64,000 nt of DNA, taken from NCBI GenBank assembly GCA_963716175.1, contig OY970296.1, positions 256,001-320,000 on the forward strand. Direction: 5' to 3'. Positions 10,396 through 20,073 of the stretch are shown here, piece by piece (the stretch's first letter is position 1; every line of letters begins with the position of its first letter). Source of the stretch: an uncultured Armatimonadetes bacterium (GTDB taxonomy: Bacteria > Armatimonadota > Hebobacteria > Hebobacterales > Hebobacteraceae). Position numbers and translations under genes: made by a program. The notes under the pieces were generated by a model that had not been told where the DNA came from, did no database searches, and was given only the letters and a program-made list of their open reading frames with translations.

Positions 10396-11457
10396 CTACC
10401 AGAGGGTGGGGTACTGCACCCCAGTCGCCGCTTTCACGCATTGGGAATTGGCCGGGTAGTCCCTCCACCAGAGTCCCAACGGGTCGTGGATGTGTCCTTC
10501 TGCGGCGCACGCCGCGAGAAGGGCCTCCGAGTTCCACCAGGCAGCATGACCGTCGAGGAATCCGATGTTCACACCTCCGAGGTGACGGGCGAAGGGCCTC
10601 CGCAAGTTCACATCCGTGACCATGGCCGGATAGGCGAATATCGGCGTACAGCCTGAGGCCAGATCCTCGGCACAGTCGCTCCAGTCCCACCAGCCATCAG
10701 CCCCGTCTTCGATGACGTCACAGTAGGCGCACTCCAGGGCGCAGATGTCCGGGTAGGCGGTGTTGCCAGGCTTCATGTCACCCTGCTCGATACAACTGTC
10801 GCCGCAGACCACCCATTTCGCGGCATCCTGTACCGAGGATGGCTTCACGTCCATGCCGACTGCCTCGTTGCACTGTATGCTGGCCACGAATGCGTTCTGT
10901 CCAGGCTGGATACCGACCCCGAAGGTGCCCGCGTACATGCTCCGCTGTATGAGGCTGTCGGTGAGAGCGCCCCCCCATCCGTTCGGGTAGGTGACGTACG
11001 GACAGAGGAACGGATCGGAGTCTCCGCCCCACGCGCCCTCGCTCGCCGTCAGTTCGCCGAACCAGTCCTGGGAACCGAAGATGAAGGCCGGCGCCGCCTC
11101 CATCTTGGCGCTGGGGCATCGCCATATGTCTCGGTTCTTGGTGTATTCGTCCAGGATCACCGGCCACCGCAGGTAAGGATTGGCCACCGAGGGCATCTCC
11201 CAGCACGACTCGCCCCCTATGGCATCGAAGTAGGCTTGCACGTCAGGTCTGTGCTCACGGGGGGGCAGCCTATCGTAGTCGGTCAGGTACATCTGGATCG
11301 CAGTTGTGATGTTCTTAACATTGGCGAGGCACTGGATCTTGCGGGCGGATTCCCGCGCCCGCGCGAAGACCGGGAACAGCATCGCGGCCAGGATCGCAAT
11401 GATCGCGATCACCACCAACAGCTCGATCAGCGTGAATCCTCGTCTTCGGATACCCAT
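10396..11457 (-). CDS. Prepilin-type N-terminal cleavage/methylation protein with DUF1559 and H-X9-DG domains
   Basis: RRG/FTLIELLVVIAIIAILAAMLFPVFARARESAR..C..N, WRCPS and RHLGGVNIGFLDGHA; RBS GAGGAGG before ATG 11457. Confidence 0.93.
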   Translation of the reverse strand: MGIRRRGFTLIELLVVIAIIAILAAMLFPVFARARESARKIQCLANVKNITTAIQMYLTDYDRLPPREHRPDVQAYFDAIGGESCWEMPSVANPYLRWPVILDEYTKNRDIWRCPSAKMEAAPAFIFGSQDWFGELTASEGAWGGDSDPFLCPYVTYPNGWGGALTDSLIQRSMYAGTFGVGIQPGQNAFVASIQCNEAVGMDVKPSSVQDAAKWVVCGDSCIEQGDMKPGNTAYPDICALECAYCDVIEDGADGWWDWSDCAEDLASGCTPIFAYPAMVTDVNLRRPFARHLGGVNIGFLDGHAAWWNSEALLAACAAEGHIHDPLGLWWRDYPANSQCVKAATGVQYPTLW

Positions 11458-11909
11458 GGAGGTACGCCTCCTCAAAGGCTGGAGCCCGCCCTGTCAGTCG
11501 GGTGTCGGCTCGGGTCCCGCGGTCGCTCCCCGGGAGACCGAGCGACCCGTAGTCTTCACCCTATCGGATGCGCTCGGCATCGGTTCCAACCACCTGTAGT
11601 CTAGTCGGATCCCCGGTGAGAGGGAATCGTCTATCCCTCTGAATACTTGACGGATCCTTCTGCGTCGGAGAGGATGCCAGGGCAGGTGCGGAACCCTCCC
11701 CCCGAGACCTATCGGGTTCCAGCAGCAGGGTCAGCAGTCCGCTAGGAACAGCGCCCGGATGTCTCGGCGGGCCCTCTGGACACGTCTCCCGCCGGACGCT
11801 GACATCGCGCCCATCCTATCGTCGGTGTGAGGGGCCACATCAGGTCAAATGAGGGCGCCACGTTGGCCCGAGAATCCGCGGCACCATGGCCCCTGTCTCC
11901 ACCCTGCGG

Positions 11910-12932
11910 CTATGACGAGACGTCCACGAACACCTTCACGCTTTGCTCGCGATGCTCGTCTATGAACTGGTAGGCGGCGGAGTACTGCTCGAATGGGAAG
12001 TGCTCGCCCTCCAGCGGGGAAGTGACCACGTCCCCCGATGCCATCAGCGCCACTGCTCGCTGGTAGTCCTGGTAACGGTACATGAGGGTGCCGATGAGCA
12101 TCAGCTCGCGATCCTGAACCAACCCCATGGCGATGCGCGGCTTCTCGCCAAAGACTCCCACCACCACGATCGTCCCGCCCTTGGCGATACTGTCAATGGC
12201 CGCGGAGAGGGTGGCTTCGATCCCAACGCACTCCAGCGCGATGTCGAAACCGTCCTTTCCGAAGACGCGGGCGGCTGCCGCCGCGAGTTGCTCGTGCTTG
12301 GCGTTGGAGGTATGCGGCAGGCGGCACTGCCGCGCGACGCCCAGGCGGAAGTCACTCAGGTCAGTCACCAGCACTTTGGCTCCGCCGGCGCGAGCGACTT
12401 GGGCGACGAGATTGCCGATCGGCCCAGCTCCGAGAACAACGACGTTCCTGCCCGACACCTCGCCGGCCCGGGATATCGCGTGGACCGCCACGGCCGTCGG
12501 CTCCACCATGGCCCCCTGCTCGAACGTGAATTCGTCGGGCAACCTGAGCGTCTGCCGAGCTGAAGTGACGAACAGGTCCTGAGCGCAGCCCGGCGCCTGG
12601 AATCCCTGGACCTTGAGGGAATCACAGATGTGGTAGTCGCCTCGGAGGCACGGCCGGCATCTGCCACACACGATCTGCGGCGTGGCGGTGACCTTGTCAC
12701 CCGGCCGGAAGCCAACGACGCCTTCCCCTACCGCCTCCACCACCCCCGAGAACTCGTGCCCCTGCACCACGGGGTAAGGGGTGAAGGGATGAAGCCCATG
12801 ATTCACGTGCAGGTCTGAGCCGCAGATCCCGATCCGCTTGACCCGGATCAGGACCTGACCGGCTCCCGGGCGCGGCTCCGGCACTTCGCGGAATTCGATG
12901 ACGCCGGGCGAGACCATGACTGCCTGTCTCAT
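11910..12932 (-). CDS. Zinc-dependent sugar/polyol dehydrogenase (MDR, sorbitol/threonine DH-like)
   Basis: GICGSD, GHEFSG, CGRCRPC..C structural Zn site and GAGPIG. Confidence 0.92.
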   Translation of the reverse strand: MRQAVMVSPGVIEFREVPEPRPGAGQVLIRVKRIGICGSDLHVNHGLHPFTPYPVVQGHEFSGVVEAVGEGVVGFRPGDKVTATPQIVCGRCRPCLRGDYHICDSLKVQGFQAPGCAQDLFVTSARQTLRLPDEFTFEQGAMVEPTAVAVHAISRAGEVSGRNVVVLGAGPIGNLVAQVARAGGAKVLVTDLSDFRLGVARQCRLPHTSNAKHEQLAAAAARVFGKDGFDIALECVGIEATLSAAIDSIAKGGTIVVVGVFGEKPRIAMGLVQDRELMLIGTLMYRYQDYQRAVALMASGDVVTSPLEGEHFPFEQYSAAYQFIDEHREQSVKVFVDVSS

Positions 12933-12978
12933 TGAGGCTGCGCTCCCTAGCTCGCGGCTCGCGGAATCCGCCCCTGAG

Positions 12979-13873
12979 TCACGCGGCTGTGGTGCCGCGA
13001 TACAGAGGGTTGCTCATCTCGCCCCGTGGGTCCGACAGGTTGGATTCGCCTGCCACGAGCCGGCGGTGGTAATCACGCGGCGCGCAACCCACGTGCTTCC
13101 GGAAGAGGCGGCTGAAATGGCAGACGCTTCCGAACCCCGATCGGTTCGCCGCGTCCCCCACTGAGATTCCCCCATCGGTCAGCAGCGCCCGCGCCCGATG
13201 CAGGCGCGTGGATCAGGTCCTCCATGGGGCTGACTCCGAGTAGCTTCGCGTATAGCACCGCGAAGCGCGACGGGCTCAAGTGGGCCAGCCCCGCCATCTC
13301 CGCCACCCGCCACGGCTTCTGCATCCGTTCATGGACATGCATCCGGAGATTCCGGAACTCGTCCACTCGGGTCGCTTCTGCTGGCGTTAGCTCCCCAGGG
13401 GTCTGCTGGACCAGTTGGCGGCCCAGTTGTAGGAAGAGGCCTTGGATCATAAGGCCGACCGACTCGAGCCATAGCGGCTCCCGGCGTCGCCGTTCGCGGT
13501 TGATCGCCTCGAAGATGGGGGTCACGAATTCCGTCCCGCGCGGCCGCATGATCGCGTTCAGCGGAATCTGGTAGCGCTGAATCACCTCGGGCATCGCCGG
13601 CCCATCCATGTGCAGCCAATCATCTATGAATCCGGCATCCCTGCCACGGTACCATTGGGGGAAGGATGGATCATAGAGCAGGCAATCTCCTGGCTCCGCA
13701 GGAACCACCCCCTCTGTCGTCTGGACACTCATCGGCGAGTGGAAGCAGACGAACAGGTACATGCCCAACCCGTAGGGGCGCTCTACCGTGTAGCCGGGAC
13801 CATGTGACCAGCGAACTCCCAGGTCCACCGCCATCAATGCGCTCGGCAGGCGATCCTGCACCGCGCTCGTCAT
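12979..13873 (-). CDS. AraC-family transcriptional regulator (frameshift at ~13205, probably sequencing error)
   Basis: Ligand-binding domain and first HTH lie in ORF 13073-13873. The second HTH (GFGSVCHFSRLFRKHVG..P) lies in ORF 12979-13161. Restoring one GC in CACGCGCCTG joins them (LIHARLHRARALL). Confidence 0.85.
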
Positions 13874-14105
13874 GGGGCGCCTCCGCGCATCGGTTGTGCC
13901 AGTACCGGATCATCTTGCCTGACGCAGAGGAATGCGTCAAGTATGAGCAAGGCTCGACCTCCACCACAACACTGTCGGGCATGGTAGGACCTCCAACGCG
14001 GGGAGTGGCGATCCCGTTCGGCCTCAGGCGGCGCCGTGCCTGCAGGCGATGAGACCCACAGCAGGAATCTGGGGTACCGCTGTACCTGTATGATGGAGGT
14101 TCAGG

Positions 14106-16289
14106 ATGGACGGAACTCACGCCCAATTCGTCGTCGCCACGGACGGCGATGACGCCAATCCAGGGACCGAGGCGCAGCCGCTTGCCTCCCTGCACGGAGC
14201 ACGCGAGGCCGTTCGGGCGCTGCTGAAGCGCCAGCGGAAACCCATCACCGTGCTGGTCCGCGAGGGGACCTACTACCTCCGCGAGCCTCTAGTGTTCGGC
14301 CCAGAGGATTCGGGGTCACCCGAGGCGCCGATCACGTACGTCGCGTTTCCCGAGGGATCGGTCACCATCAGCGGTGGACGGAAGCTCGACTGCCGGTGGC
14401 GGCCCTTCCGAGACGGCATCATGAGCTGTGAGCTGCCTGACGTGCAAGCCGGAGAGCTGAGCTTCACGCAGTTGTTCGTCAACGGCAAGCGACAGATCCG
14501 GGCGCGGTATCCGGACCACGACCCGTCCCTACCAGGAGTGAGTGGCTACCTCCAGGCCGCCGGAGCGCTCTCCGACGATGTGCCAGACCCCTGTCCGGGC
14601 CCCAATGATGACATGACCTTTTCCGGCGGCCCTCCCCGCGGCATCCTCTTCGATCCGGCCACGTTCACGAAGAGGCGCTGGAGCAGACCCGAGGAGGCAG
14701 TCATCCACAGCTACCAGGCCAGCCACTGGGGGAATCTGCAGTGGCGAGTCAAAGCGCTCGACTACGACAGCAACATCATCTGGTTCGGCCACGGCGGGCA
14801 GCAGATAGGCGCGAAATGGTTCAACCAGCCCTGTGATGTCAGTCAGAGGTCACGGTTCTATCTTGAGAACGTCTTCGAGGAGCTGGACGCGCCTGGCGAG
14901 TGGTACCTGGATCAGCGACAGGGGGCCTTCTATTACCTGCCCCCCGCAGACGTGGAGGTGCGAACGGCCGCCGTGGAAGTGCCGGTACTGCCGCAGTTGC
15001 TGCGTTTCCTGGGAACGCAGCAGGAGCCCGTTCACGATATCGCGTTCCGCGGTTTTCGGTTCGCCCACACCGCCTCAACATTCCTGGAGGAGTACTCAGT
15101 GCCGTCGCTGAGCGACTGGGCGATCCACCGCGGCGGAGCCGTGTTCCTGCAAGGCGCGCATGATTGCAGGATCGAGAACTGCTGGTTCGATGCGGTGGGT
15201 GGCAACGCGGTCTTCGTCAATAACCACAACCGCGGCCTGGTGGTAACCGGCTGCAAGTTCACCTCGACCGGGGACAGCGCGGTGTGTTTCGTTGGCTCTC
15301 TGGAGCTGACGAACGGGACGCAGCGGAGCTTCCCCTATGAATGTCGGGCCACGAACAATCTCATTCATGACTGCGGAGTCTTCGGCAAGCAGATTGCCGC
15401 GGTCTACATCTCACGAGCCAAGCGCATCACCGCGGGACACAATCTTATATACAACATGCCCCGCGCGGGGATCTGTATCGGGGACGGGACCTGGGGCGGC
15501 CACATCATCGAGTACAACCACATCCACGACACCTGCCGGGAGACGGGGGATCACGGCCCGTTCAACGCCTGGGGCCGCGACCGGTACTGGTGCTTGGTGC
15601 AATCCCATACCGAACCCCTCAAGGAGCGAAGCCACTACGCTGGTGAAGTGCTGATCGACGCCATGGAGCCGGTGATCGTCCGCCACAACTTCTTCCAGGA
15701 GAGAGCGGGGTGGGGGCTGGACCTGGATGACGGCGCCTCGAACTACGAGATCTACAACAACCTGTGCGTCGGCGTCAGTGTGAAACTGCGGGAGGGCGCA
15801 TATCGCACTATCCACAACAACATCTGGGTGAACGGGGCCAACTCGCCGTGCTTCCACGTCGGCAACGAGGACAACCACGACCGTTGCCTCCGCAACATCA
15901 CTGTGATGAGAGCAGCCGACATGCATCCCGAGCACGATCTGAACTTCGAGATGGGAAAGGGCTACGGCGAAATCTACACCCTGATCGCTCCACCGGCGCG
16001 GGGACCGTGGCTGGAGGAGATTGACTACAACTGCTTCTACAGCGATCTGGGTGAATTCGTGGCCCGTGTCAGGCTGCGCGAGGGGGAGCGACGTAAGTAC
16101 TCCTTGGAGGAATGGCGCCAGTTGGGGTTCGACCTCCACTCGGTGTTCGCCGATCCCATGTTCGTCGCTCCTGAGAGGAACGACTATCGCGTGAAGCCCG
16201 GCTCGCCGGCGCTGAAGCTGGGGTTCGAGAACTTCGAGATGGGGAAGTGGGGCTTGACGGGCCAGTTCCCGGAGGTCTGGCGCGACTGA
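14106..16289 (+). CDS. Right-handed beta-helix glycoside hydrolase, GH141-like (alpha-L-fucosidase/xylanase family)
   Basis: DGDDANPGT..QPLASL, FGPEDSG, ENVFEELDAPGEWY, DHGPFNAWGRDRYW and LDLDDGASNYEIYNN, recalled from GH141 members; no signal peptide. Confidence 0.8.
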   Translation: MDGTHAQFVVATDGDDANPGTEAQPLASLHGAREAVRALLKRQRKPITVLVREGTYYLREPLVFGPEDSGSPEAPITYVAFPEGSVTISGGRKLDCRWRPFRDGIMSCELPDVQAGELSFTQLFVNGKRQIRARYPDHDPSLPGVSGYLQAAGALSDDVPDPCPGPNDDMTFSGGPPRGILFDPATFTKRRWSRPEEAVIHSYQASHWGNLQWRVKALDYDSNIIWFGHGGQQIGAKWFNQPCDVSQRSRFYLENVFEELDAPGEWYLDQRQGAFYYLPPADVEVRTAAVEVPVLPQLLRFLGTQQEPVHDIAFRGFRFAHTASTFLEEYSVPSLSDWAIHRGGAVFLQGAHDCRIENCWFDAVGGNAVFVNNHNRGLVVTGCKFTSTGDSAVCFVGSLELTNGTQRSFPYECRATNNLIHDCGVFGKQIAAVYISRAKRITAGHNLIYNMPRAGICIGDGTWGGHIIEYNHIHDTCRETGDHGPFNAWGRDRYWCLVQSHTEPLKERSHYAGEVLIDAMEPVIVRHNFFQERAGWGLDLDDGASNYEIYNNLCVGVSVKLREGAYRTIHNNIWVNGANSPCFHVGNEDNHDRCLRNITVMRAADMHPEHDLNFEMGKGYGEIYTLIAPPARGPWLEEIDYNCFYSDLGEFVARVRLREGERRKYSLEEWRQLGFDLHSVFADPMFVAPERNDYRVKPGSPALKLGFENFEMGKWGLTGQFPEVWRD

Positions 16290-16467
16290 AGCGATCTGTC
16301 CGCACCAGCAGGATGGGGCCGGCCGCTAATGTCCAGCGTGAATAGGATTCGGTGGCGCACTGTCCGAGGTCATGTCTGGACGCCAGCCGGTCTAGCAGTA
16401 GGCGAACTGCGCCAGCACCACCTCGGGGTCCGTGTTGGCTGGTCAAACATGTGACTTCCCCCCGCTC

Positions 16468-18146
16468 CTATTCCGTCCATGCTCTCGCCACGAAGATCCC
16501 CAGCTCCCGCCGGTCCCCCTTGAAGCCGTGCTCCTCTGGCACCCAGGTGCCATCCAGCCCAACCTCGACCTTCACCGGCGCGTCGGTCTCCAGGGTGACC
16601 GGGATGCTGATGGTCTTGAGCTGACTCGAGTCCAGCTGGAACTCTCCCACCTCTGCCCCGTTGACCCACACCCGCCCCCGCACCGGCCGCTCGCGAATAT
16701 CGCCCCGGTGACAGGAAGCCGCCAGGCCGATCGCCTTCGCCGGCCCCCGCAGCACGAAGCCGAACTCCCCCTTGGTCCAGCGCATGGGCCGGCCGCCTGC
16801 GTCCTCTACGTGATACCATCCTTGCAGCAGGTATTTCTCATCCCGCATATCCAGTGCCCGCGGCGCTTCCGGATAAAGGGCCGCGATCACGGAGGCGAGA
16901 TCAGAGACTCCCTCTGCGCGCCGAAAAGAAACCTGAGGGCGCAAGTGGGCGGCCCCGATGAAGTGGTAGTCGCTCCGCGGCAGCACCTGGAAGGAAAGCA
17001 TCGCGTCCGCCCAGTCAAAACAGCGGTACAGGTGCACGTCCTCGGTGTGCACCGCCACTGTCACAGTGTACTGCCCGGGGCCAATGTCCATGTCCAAGGC
17101 CCACCTCACCTCCAGCTCGTCGCCCGCGCCAAAGGCTCCGGTCTCCCGGCCCAGGCCATAGGTGTTGGTGCCCCATATGTCGTTTCCCAGCCGGTCCCGT
17201 ATCAGAATGCCAACGGTTGGGTTCTCGATATCGCTGAGGAAAGCGATGCGCATGGTTAGCACCGCAGCCTGTCCCGCGACCAGGGCTTTCACCTCGCTGC
17301 CGGCCTCGTCCAAGAGGCGCATCTCCGTTACCACCGCCTCGAAGGTGCCAGCCCGTTGTCCAACGCCCGACCCCCTGGCCGGCCGCGAATGGTGAGGAAG
17401 CCGGCCTCCCCGTGTTCCCTCGCGATCAGAGCGTTGTAGTAGTCGAGCACATCATCCGGGGCGCCGCGGTCCACGATCTCGCCCTGGTGCACCAGCACGG
17501 CGTCATCGCAAAGGGTCTTGACGGCGGCCGGGTCATGCGAGACGAAGAGGATAGTGGCTCCTCGCTCCCTGAAATCCCTGATGCGGCGCACGCATTTCTG
17601 CTGGAAGTGCGCATCCCCTACCGCGAAGATCTCGTCAATCACCAGCACGTCCGGGTCGAGGCTGGCCGCAATCGAGAACCCCAGCCGCATGTACATGCCA
17701 GACGAATAGGTCCTCACCGGCTGATCTATGAAAGCGCCCAGCTCGCTGAAGGAGATGATCTCTCCCACCCGCGCCTGGATCTCGGCCTCGCTGAAGCCCA
17801 ATAGCCGCCCGTTGAGGAAGATGTTCTGACGACCCGTGAACTCCGGATGAAACCCGGTGCCCAGCTCCAACAGCGCCGTCACCCGCCCCTCCACCACTAC
17901 CTCACCTTCGGTCGGGTAGGCGACGCCGCTGAGGATCTTGAGCAGGGTAGACTTCCCCGCTCCATTCGGCCCCACCACCCCCAGCGCCGTCCCCCTTGGC
18001 ACCTCCAGGTTGATGTCTCGCAGCGCCCAGAAATCGCGGTGGCAACTGCGGCCCGTAAGCCACTCCACCAGTCGCCGCCAGGAGCTGTCGTAGAGCCGGT
18101 ACCTCTTGGACAGATGTCTGATGCTGACCATGGGCTCAGATCTCAT
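16468..18146 (-). CDS. wzt: Polysaccharide ABC transporter ATP-binding protein with C-terminal Wzt_C and extra domain (frameshift at 17371-17375)
   Basis: GPNGAGKST, YSSGMYMRL, IDEIFAVGD and VSHD. Adding one G to the G5 run gives ...GQRAGTFEAVVTEMRLLD, continuous with ORF 16468-17334 (Wzt_C: GILIRDRLGNDIWGTNT). Confidence 0.88.
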
Positions 18147-18942
18147 CTGGGATATCCGCTCGCAGTCGGCTCACCACCGCATAGCCGAAGGCCAGGTTGA
18201 ACAACGCCATCCCCAGCAGCACCACGACGTCCGTCCACTTCGGCCAACCGCCCTCCATCACGATCCGGTGGAAGCCTTGCATGATGTGGAACATGGGGTT
18301 CATCGCCTGCAAGGCATGGAACTTGGGCGGCACGATTCCCTGGACATACACGATGGGAGTCAGCCAGAACCAGAACTGAAACAGGATGACCACCATCTGC
18401 GAAAGATCGCGGAAGAATACCGTGAGACTAGCCAGAGCAAGACCCAGCCCGAAGGCCCATACCTGCATCAAGGCCAGCAGCAGTGGCAGCGCCAGGAAGC
18501 TGAGTGTGATCTTGTGCACCACCGCCAGCACCAGAATCACCAGGAGGCCCAAAGTCAACAGGCTGTTGAGCAAGGAGAAGGTAGCGATCCAGGCCACCGG
18601 GGCCTCGATGGGAAAGCGCAGCTTCTGGATCAGGCTGCGATTATCCAGAAAAGCACTCGCACTGCGCTGCGCAGTTTCAGCAAACGCGGTCCAGGGGAAA
18701 AGTCCCGCGCAGAGGTAGATGCCATAGGCAAAGCTGCCGGACACCCCTGGCAGCCGCGCCGCCATGACTCGGGAGAACACGAAGGTGAAGATGAGAATCA
18801 GGCTTATCGGGTGCAGCACACTCCAGGCGGAGCCCAGCACCGAGCCAGCATAGCGGGTCCGGAACTCCCGGATGGCCATCTCCCACACCACCGACCGGAA
18901 CGCCCACAGGCTAGCTCTTGAGTTCAGTTGCACTGCCGCCAT
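18136..18942 (-). CDS. wzm: Polysaccharide ABC transporter permease
   Basis: REFRTRYAGSVLGSAWSVLHP, FRDLSQ, FWLTPIVY and NPM; overlaps the wzt start. Confidence 0.92.
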   Translation of the reverse strand: MAAVQLNSRASLWAFRSVVWEMAIREFRTRYAGSVLGSAWSVLHPISLILIFTFVFSRVMAARLPGVSGSFAYGIYLCAGLFPWTAFAETAQRSASAFLDNRSLIQKLRFPIEAPVAWIATFSLLNSLLTLGLLVILVLAVVHKITLSFLALPLLLALMQVWAFGLGLALASLTVFFRDLSQMVVILFQFWFWLTPIVYVQGIVPPKFHALQAMNPMFHIMQGFHRIVMEGGWPKWTDVVVLLGMALFNLAFGYAVVSRLRADIPDEI

Positions 18943-19594
18943 CTCCCTACTTCTCGGCCCTCAGACTCCAGCGCCTGTCCGTCCTCACAGAGGGAAGCGA
19001 CGGCTAGCTCAGCCAGGCCGGTGAGAGCGCCTGTCCCGAAACGACCTGGCGGCCTCGGCCCTCCGGAAAGATCCGCTGGGTCCTGGCGGAGAGATCGGGA
19101 CGGGACCCGGACGGAACGGATTCCAGAGCACTCAGACGGCCCCGGCACGCCACTCCGGCGTGAGAAGGGCAGCGTGGAAGCTTTCGCACATAGCATAGGT
19201 TGAGCGCGCCAGATGCTCTCATGCCGCTCGATTCCCAATTCGACGGAGCCAGAGGCATGACCTGCCGGAGCGGAGCCTGCTGGGCGCTGGCGGGCCCTTC
19301 GCTTCCGGAGCAACGGTGGTGTCAGCAGACGCTGCAAGGGAGGCGCCACGCGGCCAGCCGGCGGGGGGTGCGCCTGACATCCGGGAAGCACTGCCGCTCA
19401 ACGCGCAGGAGCCGCTCAGGCGAGCCCCATCGCTACCTAACACCCGCGCAATGCCCCATTGCCTTTTGGCAACAGCATGCAGGTCCAGCCTCACGCCTGC
19501 CGAAGACATCGCCAGATGGGTTTCAGTGCATGACGCATGGTGTGGCCAGCCGAGCTGGCACGGGTGATGGCACCGACGAACTAGGGAGCTCACT

Positions 19595-20071
19595 ATGGAA
19601 GAGGTCGTCCGATTCACACTCAATGGAAAGCCCACTTCGTTGACGGTGGACAGCGACAGAGCGCTGCTGTGGGTGCTCCGCAGTGATCTGGGGCTGACCG
19701 GGACGAAGTACGGGTGCGGCGCAGGGCTCTGCGGGGCCTGTACCGTCTTGGTCGACGAGAAGGCCGTTCGGTCCTGCGTGCTTCCGGTCAGGCAGGCCCA
19801 GGGCAAGGCAGTCATCACGATTGAGGGGCTGGCAGGAAACGGCAAGCTCCATCCCCTGCAGAAGGCGTTCATGGAGGAAGATGCCCTTCAGTGCGGCTAC
19901 TGCACCCCTGGCATGATCCTGACCGCGTACGGCCTGCTGCGGGCCAATCCTCAGCCCTCCTACTCGGAGATCGTTGCGGGAATGGAGGGGAACCTGTGCC
20001 GGTGCGGGGCCCACAAACGCATCGTCGAGGCCATCCAAGCAGCTGCCAAGGAAATGGCGGGAGGGTCCTAG
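19595..20071 (+). CDS. (2Fe-2S)-binding small subunit of molybdenum hydroxylase (CoxS/IorA family)
   Basis: GTKYGCGAGLCGACTV, QCGYCTPG and NLCRC; RBS GGGAG. Confidence 0.93.
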   Translation: MEEVVRFTLNGKPTSLTVDSDRALLWVLRSDLGLTGTKYGCGAGLCGACTVLVDEKAVRSCVLPVRQAQGKAVITIEGLAGNGKLHPLQKAFMEEDALQCGYCTPGMILTAYGLLRANPQPSYSEIVAGMEGNLCRCGAHKRIVEAIQAAAKEMAGGS

Positions 20072-20073
20072 AG

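Noticed and set aside
13886-13901. Sigma-54-like motif TGGCACAACCGATGCG (minus strand) before araC
   Set aside because: The -12 is weak and the implied TSS would fall downstream of the GGAGG RBS, almost at the ATG; likely chance.
18943-19594. Possible cobalamin or Moco riboswitch (GCCACT..GAGAAGG; AGCCAGAGGCATGACCTGCC) upstream of the Mo-enzyme
   Set aside because: Only fragments resemble the B12 box, the spacing is wrong and the conserved core could not be built. It needs an Rfam scan and is not called.
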